64,000 nucleotides of DNA from Lytechinus pictus. Taxonomy: Eukaryota. Location: contig NC_087258.1 of assembly GCF_037042905.1 (NCBI RefSeq), forward strand, positions 19,654,001 to 19,718,000, given 5' to 3'. This document shows positions 14,118-27,651 of this stretch, piece after piece (position 1 is the first letter of the stretch; each line of letters begins with the position of its first letter). The notes beneath the pieces are model-generated. The model saw only the letters and a program-made list of their open reading frames with translations. It was not told the DNA's origin and did not search any database. The position numbers and the translations under genes are program-made.

Positions 14118-14534
14118 AAGGCGACCCCACACCTTACGATTGGTCTGCGACCAGATTTCAGAATAAAATGTAGTAGAATTTGATGCTAATATTGAGACTT
14201 GGAATATCTTACTGTGTAATGTTCGAAATCATCGTACGAATACCTATATTCAAATCTGGGACTATGCTCTCATCCTTAATAGAATAAAAGCGAATTTAAT
14301 ATCTAGTCGTAATGACGTCATAGCAGTCGTACGATTGGCTACGATTTGAAACTAATTGGGCCTTTACTCCAAAATAAAGGTTTGCAATCTTTCAAAATGG
14401 TTATATTATTATTCTTTCAATTAATTTTAACCTCAAATAAAATGATATGTTCCATTCACATTTTCAGAAAATTAGCAAAATGCTATTTGTTCCAAAATCG
14501 GGTCGCGAACAGTCGTAAGGTGTGCGGTGGCCTT
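14118..14534. mobile_element. MITE with imperfect TIRs
   Basis: AAGGCGACCCCACACCTTACGA ... TCGTAAGGTGTGCGGTGGCCTT. Confidence 0.6.
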
Positions 14535-16579
14535 AATGCAACTGAAGTATGTGAAATGGTCGGAAAACGTAATATGTTAGCCTTTCATATCCCAGTCTTT
14601 TGTAACGTCCGAACATCATTTACGAAACGGTCAAGGGATGATTTCTTTAGGTTCTTTAATATTTTCAAGGTCTAAGTTCTTGAACAAGTTTATTTTGTTT
14701 TTACATCGAAATAAATACAAACAAACACACAAACGAGCATGGCGCGCCGATTTTATAGGGGCACAATTCCACAAGACGTCTACATTGCAAAAATCGTCAA
14801 AATGCAATGCCGTTTTCGGGGAATTAGCTCTTATAAGAGAAAAGTTTTATTCAGGAATGCAATGAATATGATATAATTCAAGGATGGACGTCTGAGACTG
14901 AAAGACAACATAGGTGTTACGGGACTGTTAATAAATGGACTAAGGAGGAGAGGAGGGGGGGGGGGGTTGAGACGAAAGCGGGAAATAGATCGATGGTGGC
15001 TGAGAGATATGGCAAAGGTATAAAAAGCAAGAAAAATTGATTTTTCATTTTTCATTTCGTTTATTTATTCCAAATTCTCATTAAAAAAACATACAACATA
15101 CAAATCAAAGAATACACTATATACAAATAAAGATACAAAAATAGAAATACATTTAACAAGAGAATAATTGAGAATGTGAGGGAGCCAGCATAGGCCAATG
15201 CATGGCCTTTATAAGGCTGGGCTCCAGAGACCATAAAATAATCATAATAATTGTAGAAGAGAGAGAGAGAGAGAGATAATGTACGGGTGGATGATCATGA
15301 TGATAAGGCAATTACAACTTATTTTCAGATTTATTTATAGGCATCAATAAGGCATTTTTTATTGCTGTTTTTGAAAGAGGCAAGAGATGAGAGAGGAGAC
15401 AGTGAGGGACAGAAGACAAAGAGGGAGGGAGGGAGGGGGGGCATGGAGGGGGAGGGAGAGAGAACCAGGTAGAGTGATAGACAGACCTGTTGCCCCTGAG
15501 ACATCAAAGAGATATCGCTCCGCGATCTACGGAGGATTCAAGAACAGAGAAATTGTATTATCAAAAGCCCTTCAAGACAAAGAACCAAGAAGTCTTTGTC
15601 GAAAATTGGTGAATAAAAAACAGCAGGTACGTCCTTGACTCTGGACAAACGACATTCTTGCAATTTTTCGTCAGCTCCAAAACCCTGGGTCCGAAACTTA
15701 AGACGAAACGTATGTTCCGGTAAAAAAAAAAATCGAAAAAAAAAGACCTCCCAGCTGATCTATGTCATTTGACGGGTATTTTAATACATTTACTGTGTTC
15801 TTGAAACATCCGTACGTCGCGGAGTGCAAACTCACTATAACCACGATCTAGATCAACTACCCCAAAGAATACAGCCCTCTTCGGCTCTGAATTGCTACTG
15901 GGTCTACAACCACTTCGTCTACTTTCCATTTTTTTCAAGGTTTAATCCTCGTTCGTCTTTTAACTATTCGTGTACTTACCATTTGGTCTCATGGAAATCG
16001 AGCCCATTTTTCATTTTATCTGATTTCGATTTGCACTACAATTTTTAGTCTAATATCCACTTTGTCGCCACAATGTTATGTTATGAGATGAACTGTTTAT
16101 TGAAACAAATTTTAATTTGACAAGATAAAAATCAAGTAGACGGGGTTGGAATTTATAGACCATGTGGGCATGAAACTAAATATCAGTTTAGTCCATGTCA
16201 TGAGTCTTTGACCAAGTGATGGTTGGACCAACTAAGTTGATAGTACTCCATCTGGTTTTGTCCAACGGTGGTGGTAGACGATCTCCGTAGTGGACCACCT
16301 ACTTGTACACAAAGTGGAAATTTTTACAGGCATCAAAGTTAAAGGGGTACTCTGGCTTGAAAATATTTATATCTCAATAAATAGAGTAATATTCACAGAG
16401 CAAAATGCTGAAAATTTGATAAAAATCTGATATTAGATAGCGAAGTTATTGAATTTTAAAGTTTATCAATAAAGCGAGGTTATTGAATTCTAAAGTTTAT
16501 CAAACACTATCCGTATAGGATAACAACTCTCAAGTACAGATATATACCTCTGGACTAAATCCTACAGATTTGTACCTCT

Positions 16580-19500
16580 TGGGACAGGTACCCCAAGATA
16601 ACTACCCTGTGGGACAGGTAACCCAAGATAACTACCCTGTGGGACAGGTACCCCAAGATAACTACCCTGTGGGACAGGTAACCCAAGATAACTGCCCTGG
16701 GAGACAGGTACCCCGGGATAACTACCATGTGGGACAGGTACCCCAATATAACTAACCTGTGGGACAGGTACCCCAAGATAACTAACCTGTGGGACAGGTA
16801 TCCCCAGATAACTACCCTGTGGGACAGGTACTCCAGATATCTACCCCGTGGGACAGGTACCCCCAGATAACTACCCCGTGGGACAGGTACCCCCAGTTAA
16901 CTACCCTGTGGGACAGGTACCCCATGATAACTACCCTGTGGGACAGGTACCCCAAGATAACTGCCCTGTGGGACAGGTACTCCAAGATAACTGCCCTGTG
17001 ATACAGGTACCCCAGGATAACTACCCTGTGGGACAGGTACCCCAAGATAACTGCCCTGTGAGACAGGTACCCCAAGATAACTACGCTGTGGGACAGGTCC
17101 CCCAAGATAACTGCCCTGTGAGACAGGTACCCCAAGATAACTACCCTGTGGGACAGGTACCACAAGATAACTGCCCTGTGGGACAGGTACCCCATGATAA
17201 CTGCCCTGTGAAACAGGTACCCCAAGATAACTGCCCTGTGGGACACGTACCCCATGATAACTACCCTGTGGGACAGGTACCCCATGATAACTGCCCTGTG
17301 AGACAGGTACCCCAAGATAACTGCCCTGTGGGACAGGTGCCCCATGATAACTACCCTGTGGGACAGGTACCCCATGATAACTACCCTGTGGGACAGGTAC
17401 CCCATGATAACTACCCTGTGGGACAGGTACCCCATGATAACTGCCCTGTGGGACAGGTACCCCAGGATAACTACCCTGTGGGACAGGTATCCCCAGATAA
17501 CTACCCTGTGAGACAGGTACCCCATGATAACTGCCCTGTGGGACAGGTATCCCCAGATAACTACCCTGTGGGACAGGTACACCATGATAACTACCCTGTG
17601 GGACAGGTATCCCCAGATAACTACCCTGTGGGACAGGTACCCCATGATATCTACCCCGTGGGACAGGTACCCCCAGATAACTACCCCGTGGGACAGGTAC
17701 CCCCAGATAACTACCCTGTGGGAATGGTACCCCATGATAACTACCCTGTGGGACAGGTACCCCAAGATAACTGCCCTGTGGGACAGGTACTCCAAGATAA
17801 CTGCCCTGTGAGACAGGTACCCCAGGATAACTACCCTATGGGACAGGTACCCCAAGATAACTACCCTGTGGGACAGGTACCCCAAGATGACTGCCCTGTG
17901 AGACAGGTACCCCAAGATAACTACCCTGTGGGACAGGTACCCCAAGATAACTGCCCTGTGAGACAGGTACCCCAAGATAACTACGCTGTGGGACAGGTAC
18001 CCCTAGATAACTGCCCTGTGAGACAGGTACCCCAAGATAACTACCCTGTGGGACAGGTACCCCAAGATAACTGCCCTGTGGGACAGGTACCCCATGATAA
18101 CTGCCCTGTGAGACAGGTACCCCAAGATAACTAACCTGTGGGACACGTACCCCATGATAACTACCCTGTGGGACAGGTACCCCATGATAACTGCCCTGTG
18201 AGACAGGTACCCCAAGATAACTGCCCTGTGGGACAGGTGCCCCATGATAACTACCCTGTGGGACAGGTACCCCATGATAACTGCCCTGTGGGACAGGTAC
18301 CCCAGGATAACTGCCCTGTGGGACAGGTACCCCAGGATAACTGCCCTGTGGGACAGGTATCCCCAGATAACTACCCTGTGAGACAGGTACCCCATGATAA
18401 CTGCCCTGTGGGACAGATATCCCCAGATAACTACCCTGTGGGACAGGTACCCCATGATAACTACCCTGTGGGACAGGTATCCCCATGATAACTACCCTGT
18501 GGGACAGGTACCCCAAGATAACTGCCCTGTGGGACAGGTCTCCCCAGATAACTACCCTGTGGGACAGGTATCCCCAGATAACTACCCTATGGGACAGGTA
18601 TCCCCATGATAACTGCCCTGTGGGACAGATACCCCCAGATAACTACCCTGTGGGACAGGTATCCCCATGATAACTGCCCTGTGGGACAGGTACCCCCAGA
18701 TAACTACCCTGTGAGACAGGTACCCCATGATAACTGCCCGGTGGGACAGGTATCCCCAGATAACTACCCTGTGGGACAGGTACACCATGATAACTACCCT
18801 GTTGGACAGGTATCCCCAGATAACTACCCTGTGGTACAGGTGCCCCATGATAACTACCCTGTGGGACAGGTACCCCATGATAACTACCCTGTAAGACAGG
18901 TACCCCATGATAACTGCCCTGTGGGACAGGTACCCCATGATAACTTCCCTGTTGGACAGGTACCTCCAGATAACTACCCTGTGAGACAGGTACCCCGTGA
19001 TAACTGCCCTGTGGGACAGATACCCCCAGATAACTACCCTGTGGGACAGGTACCCCATGATAACTACCCTGTGGGACAGGTATCCCCAGATAACTACCCT
19101 GTGGGACAGGTACCCCATGATAACTGCCCTGTGGGACAGGTATCCCCAGATAACTACCCTGTGGGACAGGTATCCTCAGATAACTACCCTGTGGGACAGG
19201 TACCCCATGATAACTACCCTGTGGGACAGGTACCCCAAGATAACTGCCCTGTGGGACAGGTACCCCATGATAACTGCCCTGTGGGACAGGTACCCCAGGA
19301 TAACTACCCTGTGGGACAGGTATCCCCAGATAACTACCCTGTGAGACAGGTACCCCATGATAACTGCCCTGTGGGACAGGTATCCCCAGATAACTACCCT
19401 GTGGGACAGGTACACCATGATAACTACCCTGTGGGACAGGTATCCCCAGATAACTACCCTGTGGGACAGGTACCCCATGATATCTACCCCGTGGGACAGG

Positions 19501-22500
19501 TACCCCCAGATAACTACCCCGTGGGACAGGTACCCCCAGATAACTACCCTGTGGGAATGGTACCCCATGATAACTACCCTGTGGGACAGGTACCCCAAGA
19601 TAACTGCCCTGTGGGACAGGTACTCCAAGATAACTGCCCTGTGAGACAGGTACCCCAGGATAACTACCCTGTGGGACAGGTACCCCAAGATAACTACCCT
19701 GTGGGACAGGTACCCCAAGATGACTGCCCTGTGAGACAGGTACCCCAAGATAACTACCCTGTGGGACAGGTACCCCAAGATAACTGCCCTGTGAGACAGG
19801 TACCCCAAGATAACTACGCTGTGGGACAGGTACCCCTAGATAACTGCCCTGTGAGACAGGTACCCCAAGATAACTACCCTGTGGGACAGGTACCCCAAGA
19901 TAACTGCCCTGTGGGACAGGTACCCCATGATAACTGCCCTGTGAGACAGGTACCCCAAGATAACTAACCTGTGGGACACGTACCCCATGATAACTACCCT
20001 GTGGGACAGGTACCCCATGATAACTGCCCTGTGAGACAGGTACCCCAAGATAACTGCCCTGTGGGACAGGTGCCCCATGATAACTACCCTGTGGGACAGG
20101 TACCCCATGATAACTGCCCTGTGGGACAGGTACCCCAGGATAACTACCCTGTGGGACAGGTACCCCAGGATAACTGCCCTGTGGGACAGGTATCCCCAGA
20201 TAACTACCCTGTGAGACAGGTACCCCATGATAACTGCCCTGTGGGACAGATATCCCCAGATAACTACCCTGTGGGACAGGTACCCCATGATAACTACCCT
20301 GTGGGACAGGTATCCCCATGATAACTACCCTGTGGGACAGGTACCCCAAGATAACTGCCCTGTGGGACAGGTCTCCCCAGATAACTACCCTGTGGGACAG
20401 GTATCCCCAGATAACTACCCTATGGGACAGGTATCCCCATGATAACTGCCCTGTGGGACAGATACCCCCAGATAACTACCCTGTGGGACAGGTATCCCCA
20501 TGATAACTGCCCTGTGGGACAGGTACCCCCAGATAACTACCCTGTGAGACAGGTACCCCATGATAACTGCCCGGTGGGACAGGTATCCCCAGATAACTAC
20601 CCTGTGGGACAGGTACACCATGATAACTACCCTGTTGGACAGGTATCCCCAGATAACTACCCTGTGGTACAGGTGCCCCATGATAACTACCCTGTGGGAC
20701 AGGTACCCCATGATAACTACCCTGTAAGACAGGTACCCCATGATAACTGCCCTGTGGGACAGGTACCCCATGATAACTTCCCTGTTGGACAGGTACCTCC
20801 AGATAACTACCCTGTGAGACAGGTACCCCGTGATAACTGCCCTGTGGGACAGATACCCCCAGATAACTACCCTGTGGGACAGGTACCCCATGATAACTAC
20901 CCTGTGGGACAGGTATCCCCAGATAACTACCCTGTGGGACAGGTACCCCATGATAACTGCCCTGTGGGACAGGTATCCCCAGATAACTACCCTGTGGGAC
21001 AGGTATCCTCAGATAACTACCCTGTGGGACAGGTACCCCATGATAACTACCCTGTGGGACAGGTACCCCAAGATAACTGCCCTGTGGGACAGGTACCCCA
21101 TGATAACTGCCCTGTGGGACAGGTACCCCCAGATAACTACCCTGTGGACAAATAACCCCAGATTTCTAACTACCCTGTGGGACAGGTAACCCAAGAGAAC
21201 TGCCCTGTGGGACAGGTACCCCATGATAACTGCCCTGTGAGACAGGTACTCCAAGATAACTGCCCTGTAGGACAGTTACCCCCAGATAACTACCCTGTGG
21301 GACAGGTACCCCATGATAACTACCCTGTGGGACAAATACCCCCAGATAACTACCCTGTGAGACAGGTACCCCATGATAACTACCCTGTGGGACAGGTACC
21401 CCATGATAACTGCCCTGTGGGACAGGTATCCCCATGATAACTGCCCTGTGGGACAGGTACCCCATGATAACTGCCCTGTGAGACAGGTACCCCAAGATAA
21501 CTACCCTGTGGGACAGGTACCCCAAGATAACTGCCCTGTGGGACAGGTACCCCATGATAACTGCCCTGTGAGACAGGTACCCCAAGATAACTAACCTGTG
21601 GGACACGTACCCCATGATAACTACCCTGTGGGACAGGTACCCCATGATAACTGCCCTGTGAGACAGGTACCCCAAGATAACTGCCCTGTGGGACAGGTGC
21701 CCCATGATAACTACCCTGTGGGACAGGTACCCCATGATAACTGCCCTGTGGGACAGGTACCCCAGGATAACTGCCCTGTGGGACAGGTACCCCAGGATAA
21801 CTGCCCTGTGGGACAGGTATCCCCAGATAACTACCCTGTGAGACAGGTACCCCATGATAACTGCCCTGTGGGACAGATATCCCCAGATAACTACCCTGTG
21901 GGACAGGTATCCCCATGATAACTACCCTGTGGGACAGGTACCCCAAGATAACTGCCCTGTGGGACAGGTCTCCCCAGATAACTACCCTGTGGGACAGGTA
22001 TCCCCAGATAACTACCCTATGGGACAGGTATCCCCATGATAACTGCCCTGTGGGACAGATACCCCCAGATAACTACCCTGTGGGACAGGTATCCCCATGA
22101 TAACTGCCCTGTGGGACAGGTACCCCCAGATAACTACCCTGTGAGACAGGTACCCCATGATAACTGCCCGGTGGGACAGGTATCCCCAGATAACTACCCT
22201 GTGGGACAGGTACACCATGATAACTACCCTGTTGGACAGGTATCCCCAGATAACTACCCTGTGGTACAGGTGCCCCATGATAACTACCCTGTGGGACAGG
22301 TACCCCATGATAACTACCCTGTAAGACAGGTACCCCATGATAACTGCCCTGTGGGACAGGTACCCCATGATAACTTCCCTGTTGGACAGGTACCTCCAGA
22401 TAACTACCCTGTGAGACAGGTACCCCGTGATAACTGCCCTGTGGGACAGATACCCCCAGATAACTACCCTGTGGGACAGATACCCCCAGATAACTACCCT

Positions 22501-23430
22501 GTGGGACAGGTACCCCATGATAACTACCCTGTGGGACAGGTATCCCCAGATAACTACCCTGTGGGACAGGTACCCCATGATAACTGCCCTGTGGGACAGG
22601 TATCCCCAGATAACTACCCTGTGGGACAGGTATCCTCAGATAACTACCCTGTGGGACAGGTACCCCATGATAACTACCCTGTGGGACAGGTACCCCAAGA
22701 TAACTGCCCTGTGGGACAGGTACCCCATGATAACTGCCCTGTGGGACAGGTACCCCCAGATAACTACCCTGTGGACAAATAACCCCAGATTTCTAACTAC
22801 CCTGTGGGACAGGTAACCCAAGAGAACTGCCCTGTGGGACAGGTACCCCATGATAACTGCCCTGTGAGACAGGTACTCCAAGATAACTGCCCTGTAGGAC
22901 AGTTACCCCCAGATAACTACCCTGTGGGACAGGTACCCCATGATAACTACCCTGTGGGACAAATACCCCCAGATAACTACCCTGTGAGACAGGTACCCCA
23001 TGATAACTACCCTGTGGGACAGGTACCCCATGATAACTGCCCTGTGGGACAGGTATCCCCATGATAACTGCCCTGTGGGACAGGTATCCCCAGATAACTA
23101 CCCTGTGGGACAGGTACCCCATGATAACTACCCTGTGGGACAGATACCCCAAGATAACTACCCTGTGAGACAGGTACCCCAAGATAACTGCCCTGTGGGA
23201 CAGGTACCCCATGATAACTACCCTGTGGGACAGGTATCCCCAGATAACTGCCCTGTGGGACAGGTACCCCCAGATAACTACCCCGTGTTACAGTTACCCC
23301 CAAATAACTACCCGGTGGACAGATACCTCCAGATAACTACCCTGAGGGACAGATACCCCCAGATAACTAACTACCATGTTGGAAAGGTATCCCCAGATAA
23401 CTACCCTGTGGGACATGTACCCCCAAATAA
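16580..23430. repeat. 30-bp minisatellite (about 228 units) with higher-order duplications
   Basis: Unit GGGACAGGTACCCCAWGATAACTRCCCTGT; diagnostic variants recur at offsets of 1833, 1597 and 1627 bp. Confidence 0.97.
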
Positions 23431-25767
23431 CACAAAATACCCAGTCAATCACCCCAAAAGTTCAAGGATTTACTCCTAAAGGATAGTTAGCCAATGTCGT
23501 AGTTGTCAGGGTGGGGGTACGTTGTCTGGAGGGCGATTTTTCTAATCTAGGGAGATAGTTGAATGGGCTTGAGATTTATCCTAGGGGAGTTCATCATTGG
23601 GTCCACGAACCGCTTACCATTTTTAATATTAATATAATATTTTTTATAATTTTAATAAGGTCAATATAACTTGGCTAAGTACTTTATATTCCTTCTGAGA
23701 TAAACTGTAGTTCATATTTAATTGATGAAAACTGACAATTTCATATGGGATTTTCCTAATTACTACTCCCCTATCTTTCTCCAACACACACACAAACACA
23801 CACTCTCTCTCTCATCCCTCACTTTATCCTTATCTCTCTATTTTTTTATCTTTCTCTCTCTAATTCTCTTTTCTCCTATTTCTCCGTAGGATAACAAATT
23901 ATTGAGGGGGGAGGGGTGGGCCTTGGCTCCTCTCTAGATACAATGGGGGAAGGGTTCAGTTTTGCTAACATCGTTTAATCGCGGGGCTGGCACAAACAAC
24001 GGAAATCTGACTGCGGAAGGCTTGCCACGGGGAAGACTTGGGAAACTTGGAAAGGTAAACAGACGCAGGAAACAAGCCTATAGCCAAGGCCTATAGACGC
24101 TGGAAACCTCGATATGAATTTAATTAAGTCCCTATAATGACCCATATGTATGAATATGAGAATTCCCCAATAGAGGTCCAGATTAATTAGAGTATAGATA
24201 ATAGGTCTTGCTAGATATAAATTTTCTTAATAATTATTTTGGGCGAGCGACCTGAAGTAAATAGTCTAGGAATCAATCTCTTCGTATATATCGACGCCGG
24301 AATTAACAGACGTGGAAACGAATGTCGAGACTGGGAAGCTGGAAATAGAAGTTTTCTCTTAACAAGCTAGACGCCGGTTAGATTTGGAAAATTCTTATAC
24401 TTGGATGCCCAAAATACAAGTTTAATAAATAGTCCTTATATTCCTCTAATAACAAAAATATCTTAGAGCTTATTTGTAAATATTAGACATTGTTTACCTG
24501 TAACAGTGGCGAGTCAAGTAAAGTACATGTATATATATTTATGCAATTTGAATAATAAAGTGCACCATTATTTTTCTTTTTGCCATTGAAACTAAAATCT
24601 GAGTCACAAACCCCTGTGTCTTTTTTTGCTGTGTACCCCCGTAGTCATATATTTTGACGAAACGACCCTTGATTGCAAATAATCTATAGCGAGCCGCTCT
24701 AGCATTTTCTTCCACTCTTTTTACTATAATAATTCTCTTGGAAACTGCATGCTCGGAAGATATTGAGATAGACAAGAATGGAAATAGAGAAAAGCTCAGG
24801 TGATCCACCAAAGACTGAACACCATCCTGACGTAGAGATCGGAATGGAAGAAATAAGCGAGAGCGGCGGCCGCTACAAAACTTTAAATCTTTAAAAGATG
24901 AATACAATTGCTTTCTTTACCGTTATAACAGAGGAAAGATCCTATTAAACTGACGAACAGCAATCAGGGTAAACAACAAAAGTTCAAAAAGCTTCCCATA
25001 ACATTTAAGTTAAGTTGGAGTTCAGAAAACGGACCATAGAATGTATCGCAGTATTCTTCACTGGACTACGCTTACTCTTTCTTACATTCAAATTCCAATT
25101 TGGAGTACTCCTTCAACTCCTCCACTCTCGGCAACGTGACCAATATATAATAACAAAATTAAACTCAAGAAAAGAAAACAATTTCAAGTTCCTTCTGTCA
25201 ATACAGTGTATATGAATATATTTATTCTATAAACTCACATGAGTACTGATGTAAGGTTTTTACTATCCATATTCAATATCTTCATCATGATTATCAACAT
25301 CATCCCCCAAAAACAGTTTGTGGCAAATTACAATGGTTTTTGTAGTACATAATTTACTCACAATAAATATAATATATACATACATGTACAGATATATGTA
25401 TAGTAATTACTAATGTTATAAACATTATGAATTATAAACATCTGAACACTGTAAAAATATCAAATTACATTATTTTTCCACTAATGCTTAGCTTATTGAG
25501 AATGGCAAAATGTGTGCGTGATTTAAAAAACTTATGAATTACTAAACAGCAAAAATACAAAGTAAAACAAATTATATACGTTCATCAAATCACATGACAC
25601 AATTACAGCAACTTTCAACAATCATAACATTAATTTGTTATTACACTCTAAAAACAGTCTAGTCAAATAATTAACTACATTTCCCTGTCAAGTATAATTG
25701 ACTTGAAAATCAGTCAATTTCCAGTTAATTAGCTCCCTTTTACTATGTCTGTCATCGATGAATAACT

Positions 25768-26038
25768 AAGGGCCTTTTCACACGTGAATCTTGAATCATT
25801 GTAATGATGATTGCAATTTGTCTTTAGAATCATCGGACCTTTCACACGGAAAATTTGTACCGCAATTTGAGTGAAACTTAACTGGAATTCACCTCCGGAG
25901 TAGAATTTGAATTCGTGATTGTGATTAGCGTTCGTGATTCTTGTTTGATTTCACACGTGCTAAAAATTTGTCATTAGCCTTACTTTTCACTGGAATCATT
26001 CAAATTACAATTTTTTTCTACCGTGTGAAAGGGCAGTT
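25768..26038. mobile_element. Harbinger-like MITE
   Basis: Ends AAGGGCCTTTTCACACG / CGTGTGAAAGGGCAGTT. Confidence 0.5.
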
Positions 26039-27651
26039 AGTCCCAGTGCAAAAGTTATGTTTGACAGGTTTCCTTTAATGCGCTCAGGGAACAAGCGTGA
26101 TCGCTTATTGGCCAATTCCTATAGCTGTGTGCGCTGGGCAAAGCTAGCTAGCTGGGCCTGGGCTAGAATATTTGATTTATTCGTTTGATGGATAATTTTG
26201 TGAGGCAAATGCTGTTGGAATGAGGGATGAAGGAGTTGACAGACATTTTCAAGTGTAAGTTTAAACTGCATTAGGTCTTCCATGTAGTGCAGTTTTTCAC
26301 CTGCATGTGGTCGGACCTGACAAGTATTTTGAATTTGAAGAGAATTAAAAAAAGATATCCAAATATTTTTTATGATTTTGTTGATAAATCGCGGTAACTC
26401 GATATGACCAAAATATTGTCGATGAATTTTTTTTTTGGACAAACAAGTTCTGCTTTATATTGTTATAAATTTACACCAACTCGGAATTCCTGATTAAAGT
26501 TGGGACCCAAATGCCTGCTTTTCATGAACAAGCACAGATGAAAACCTTACTTTCATTTCCCCTTTCCCTATAATCTCACAGAATTGCAGCTCATTAATAA
26601 TGAATTTTCAGACTCGGTGATATACCATATTATATTTTGCTGGCAAAAACAAACTAATATTGACATCAAATATTGACTAGCACTAGTAGAGAAAATGTAT
26701 GCTTGGAGAGGACAGGTATCTGTCTTGTTATTTTGCAACATAATTATTGCGGATGTAACAAGTAGTATATTAGTGTTTTATAATTCAAGTGGGCCTATAT
26801 TACAAGACTACACTGATGGGAAAGGTGCATTATTGCCAGTGAACCATATGGAAAATAGTGTACATTCTCTATGGGAGACAAAATGTCCCATACATGTACA
26901 TTACTTGTCCTTATTTCATTTTATTTAGAGACTGTGATTAGATGGTTTTGCCATGTAACATTAAACTTGCCTTTGAGATACTTGAGTGCTATGAATTTCA
27001 TCACACTGAATTACAAGTTGTCAAATACAAGTTGTCAAGTATCGATAACAACCAACTGGGGACTGTCCTCTGTTGTGTGCTTGGAATGTGCGTGTATGAT
27101 TTAGGTTTGAACCTGGATGTATCTTTAACAATTCAAAAGAGGACTGTTATTGGGTGTATCGATAACACACATCCTCTAATGTATGCTTGGAATGTGTGTA
27201 AGGTTGGAACTTGGATATGCAGTACATTTATCTTGTACAATTCAACTGAGGACTGTCCTCTGTTGATCTCTCAGACGATGTCTTCATAAATGCTGATTTT
27301 TTTTTTAAATGAGCGGGTCGAGGGATCCTTTTCTGGTCAGATATGGATTGCCAGATATATATCCTATCCACTGGTTATTCGACCCCCGAATTTCATCCTT
27401 ATTTTTTATGAATTTTTTGAAAGTGCCAATTTTACACGCGATCGAGTCTATGGGAGATGAATTAGGCCTGTGATACCTATAATCCAAAATAGGGGAAAAT
27501 TTCAGTTTTCAGTATGTCGATGAAATATGCACTAAAACTTGTCAATAATAATTACTTTTCACTAATATTCATATTTCAATCATGATGTGATGCAGTAAAG
27601 AGGCTGAATTGGGCTATGCAGGTAACTGTAGTCTGCTGCTTGTATGTGGAT

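Noticed and set aside
16555-23479. Long ORFs with decapeptide repeats (DNYPVGQVPH, GYLSHRVVIM, GVPVPQGSYL)
   Set aside because: They are by-products of a 30-bp unit that is stop-free in several frames on both strands. One-base insertions and TAA variants break the frames repeatedly, and there is no unique N- or C-terminal coding context.
24539-24907. 122-aa minus-strand ORF
   Set aside because: No recognisable motif, no supported splice context and a non-ATG start.
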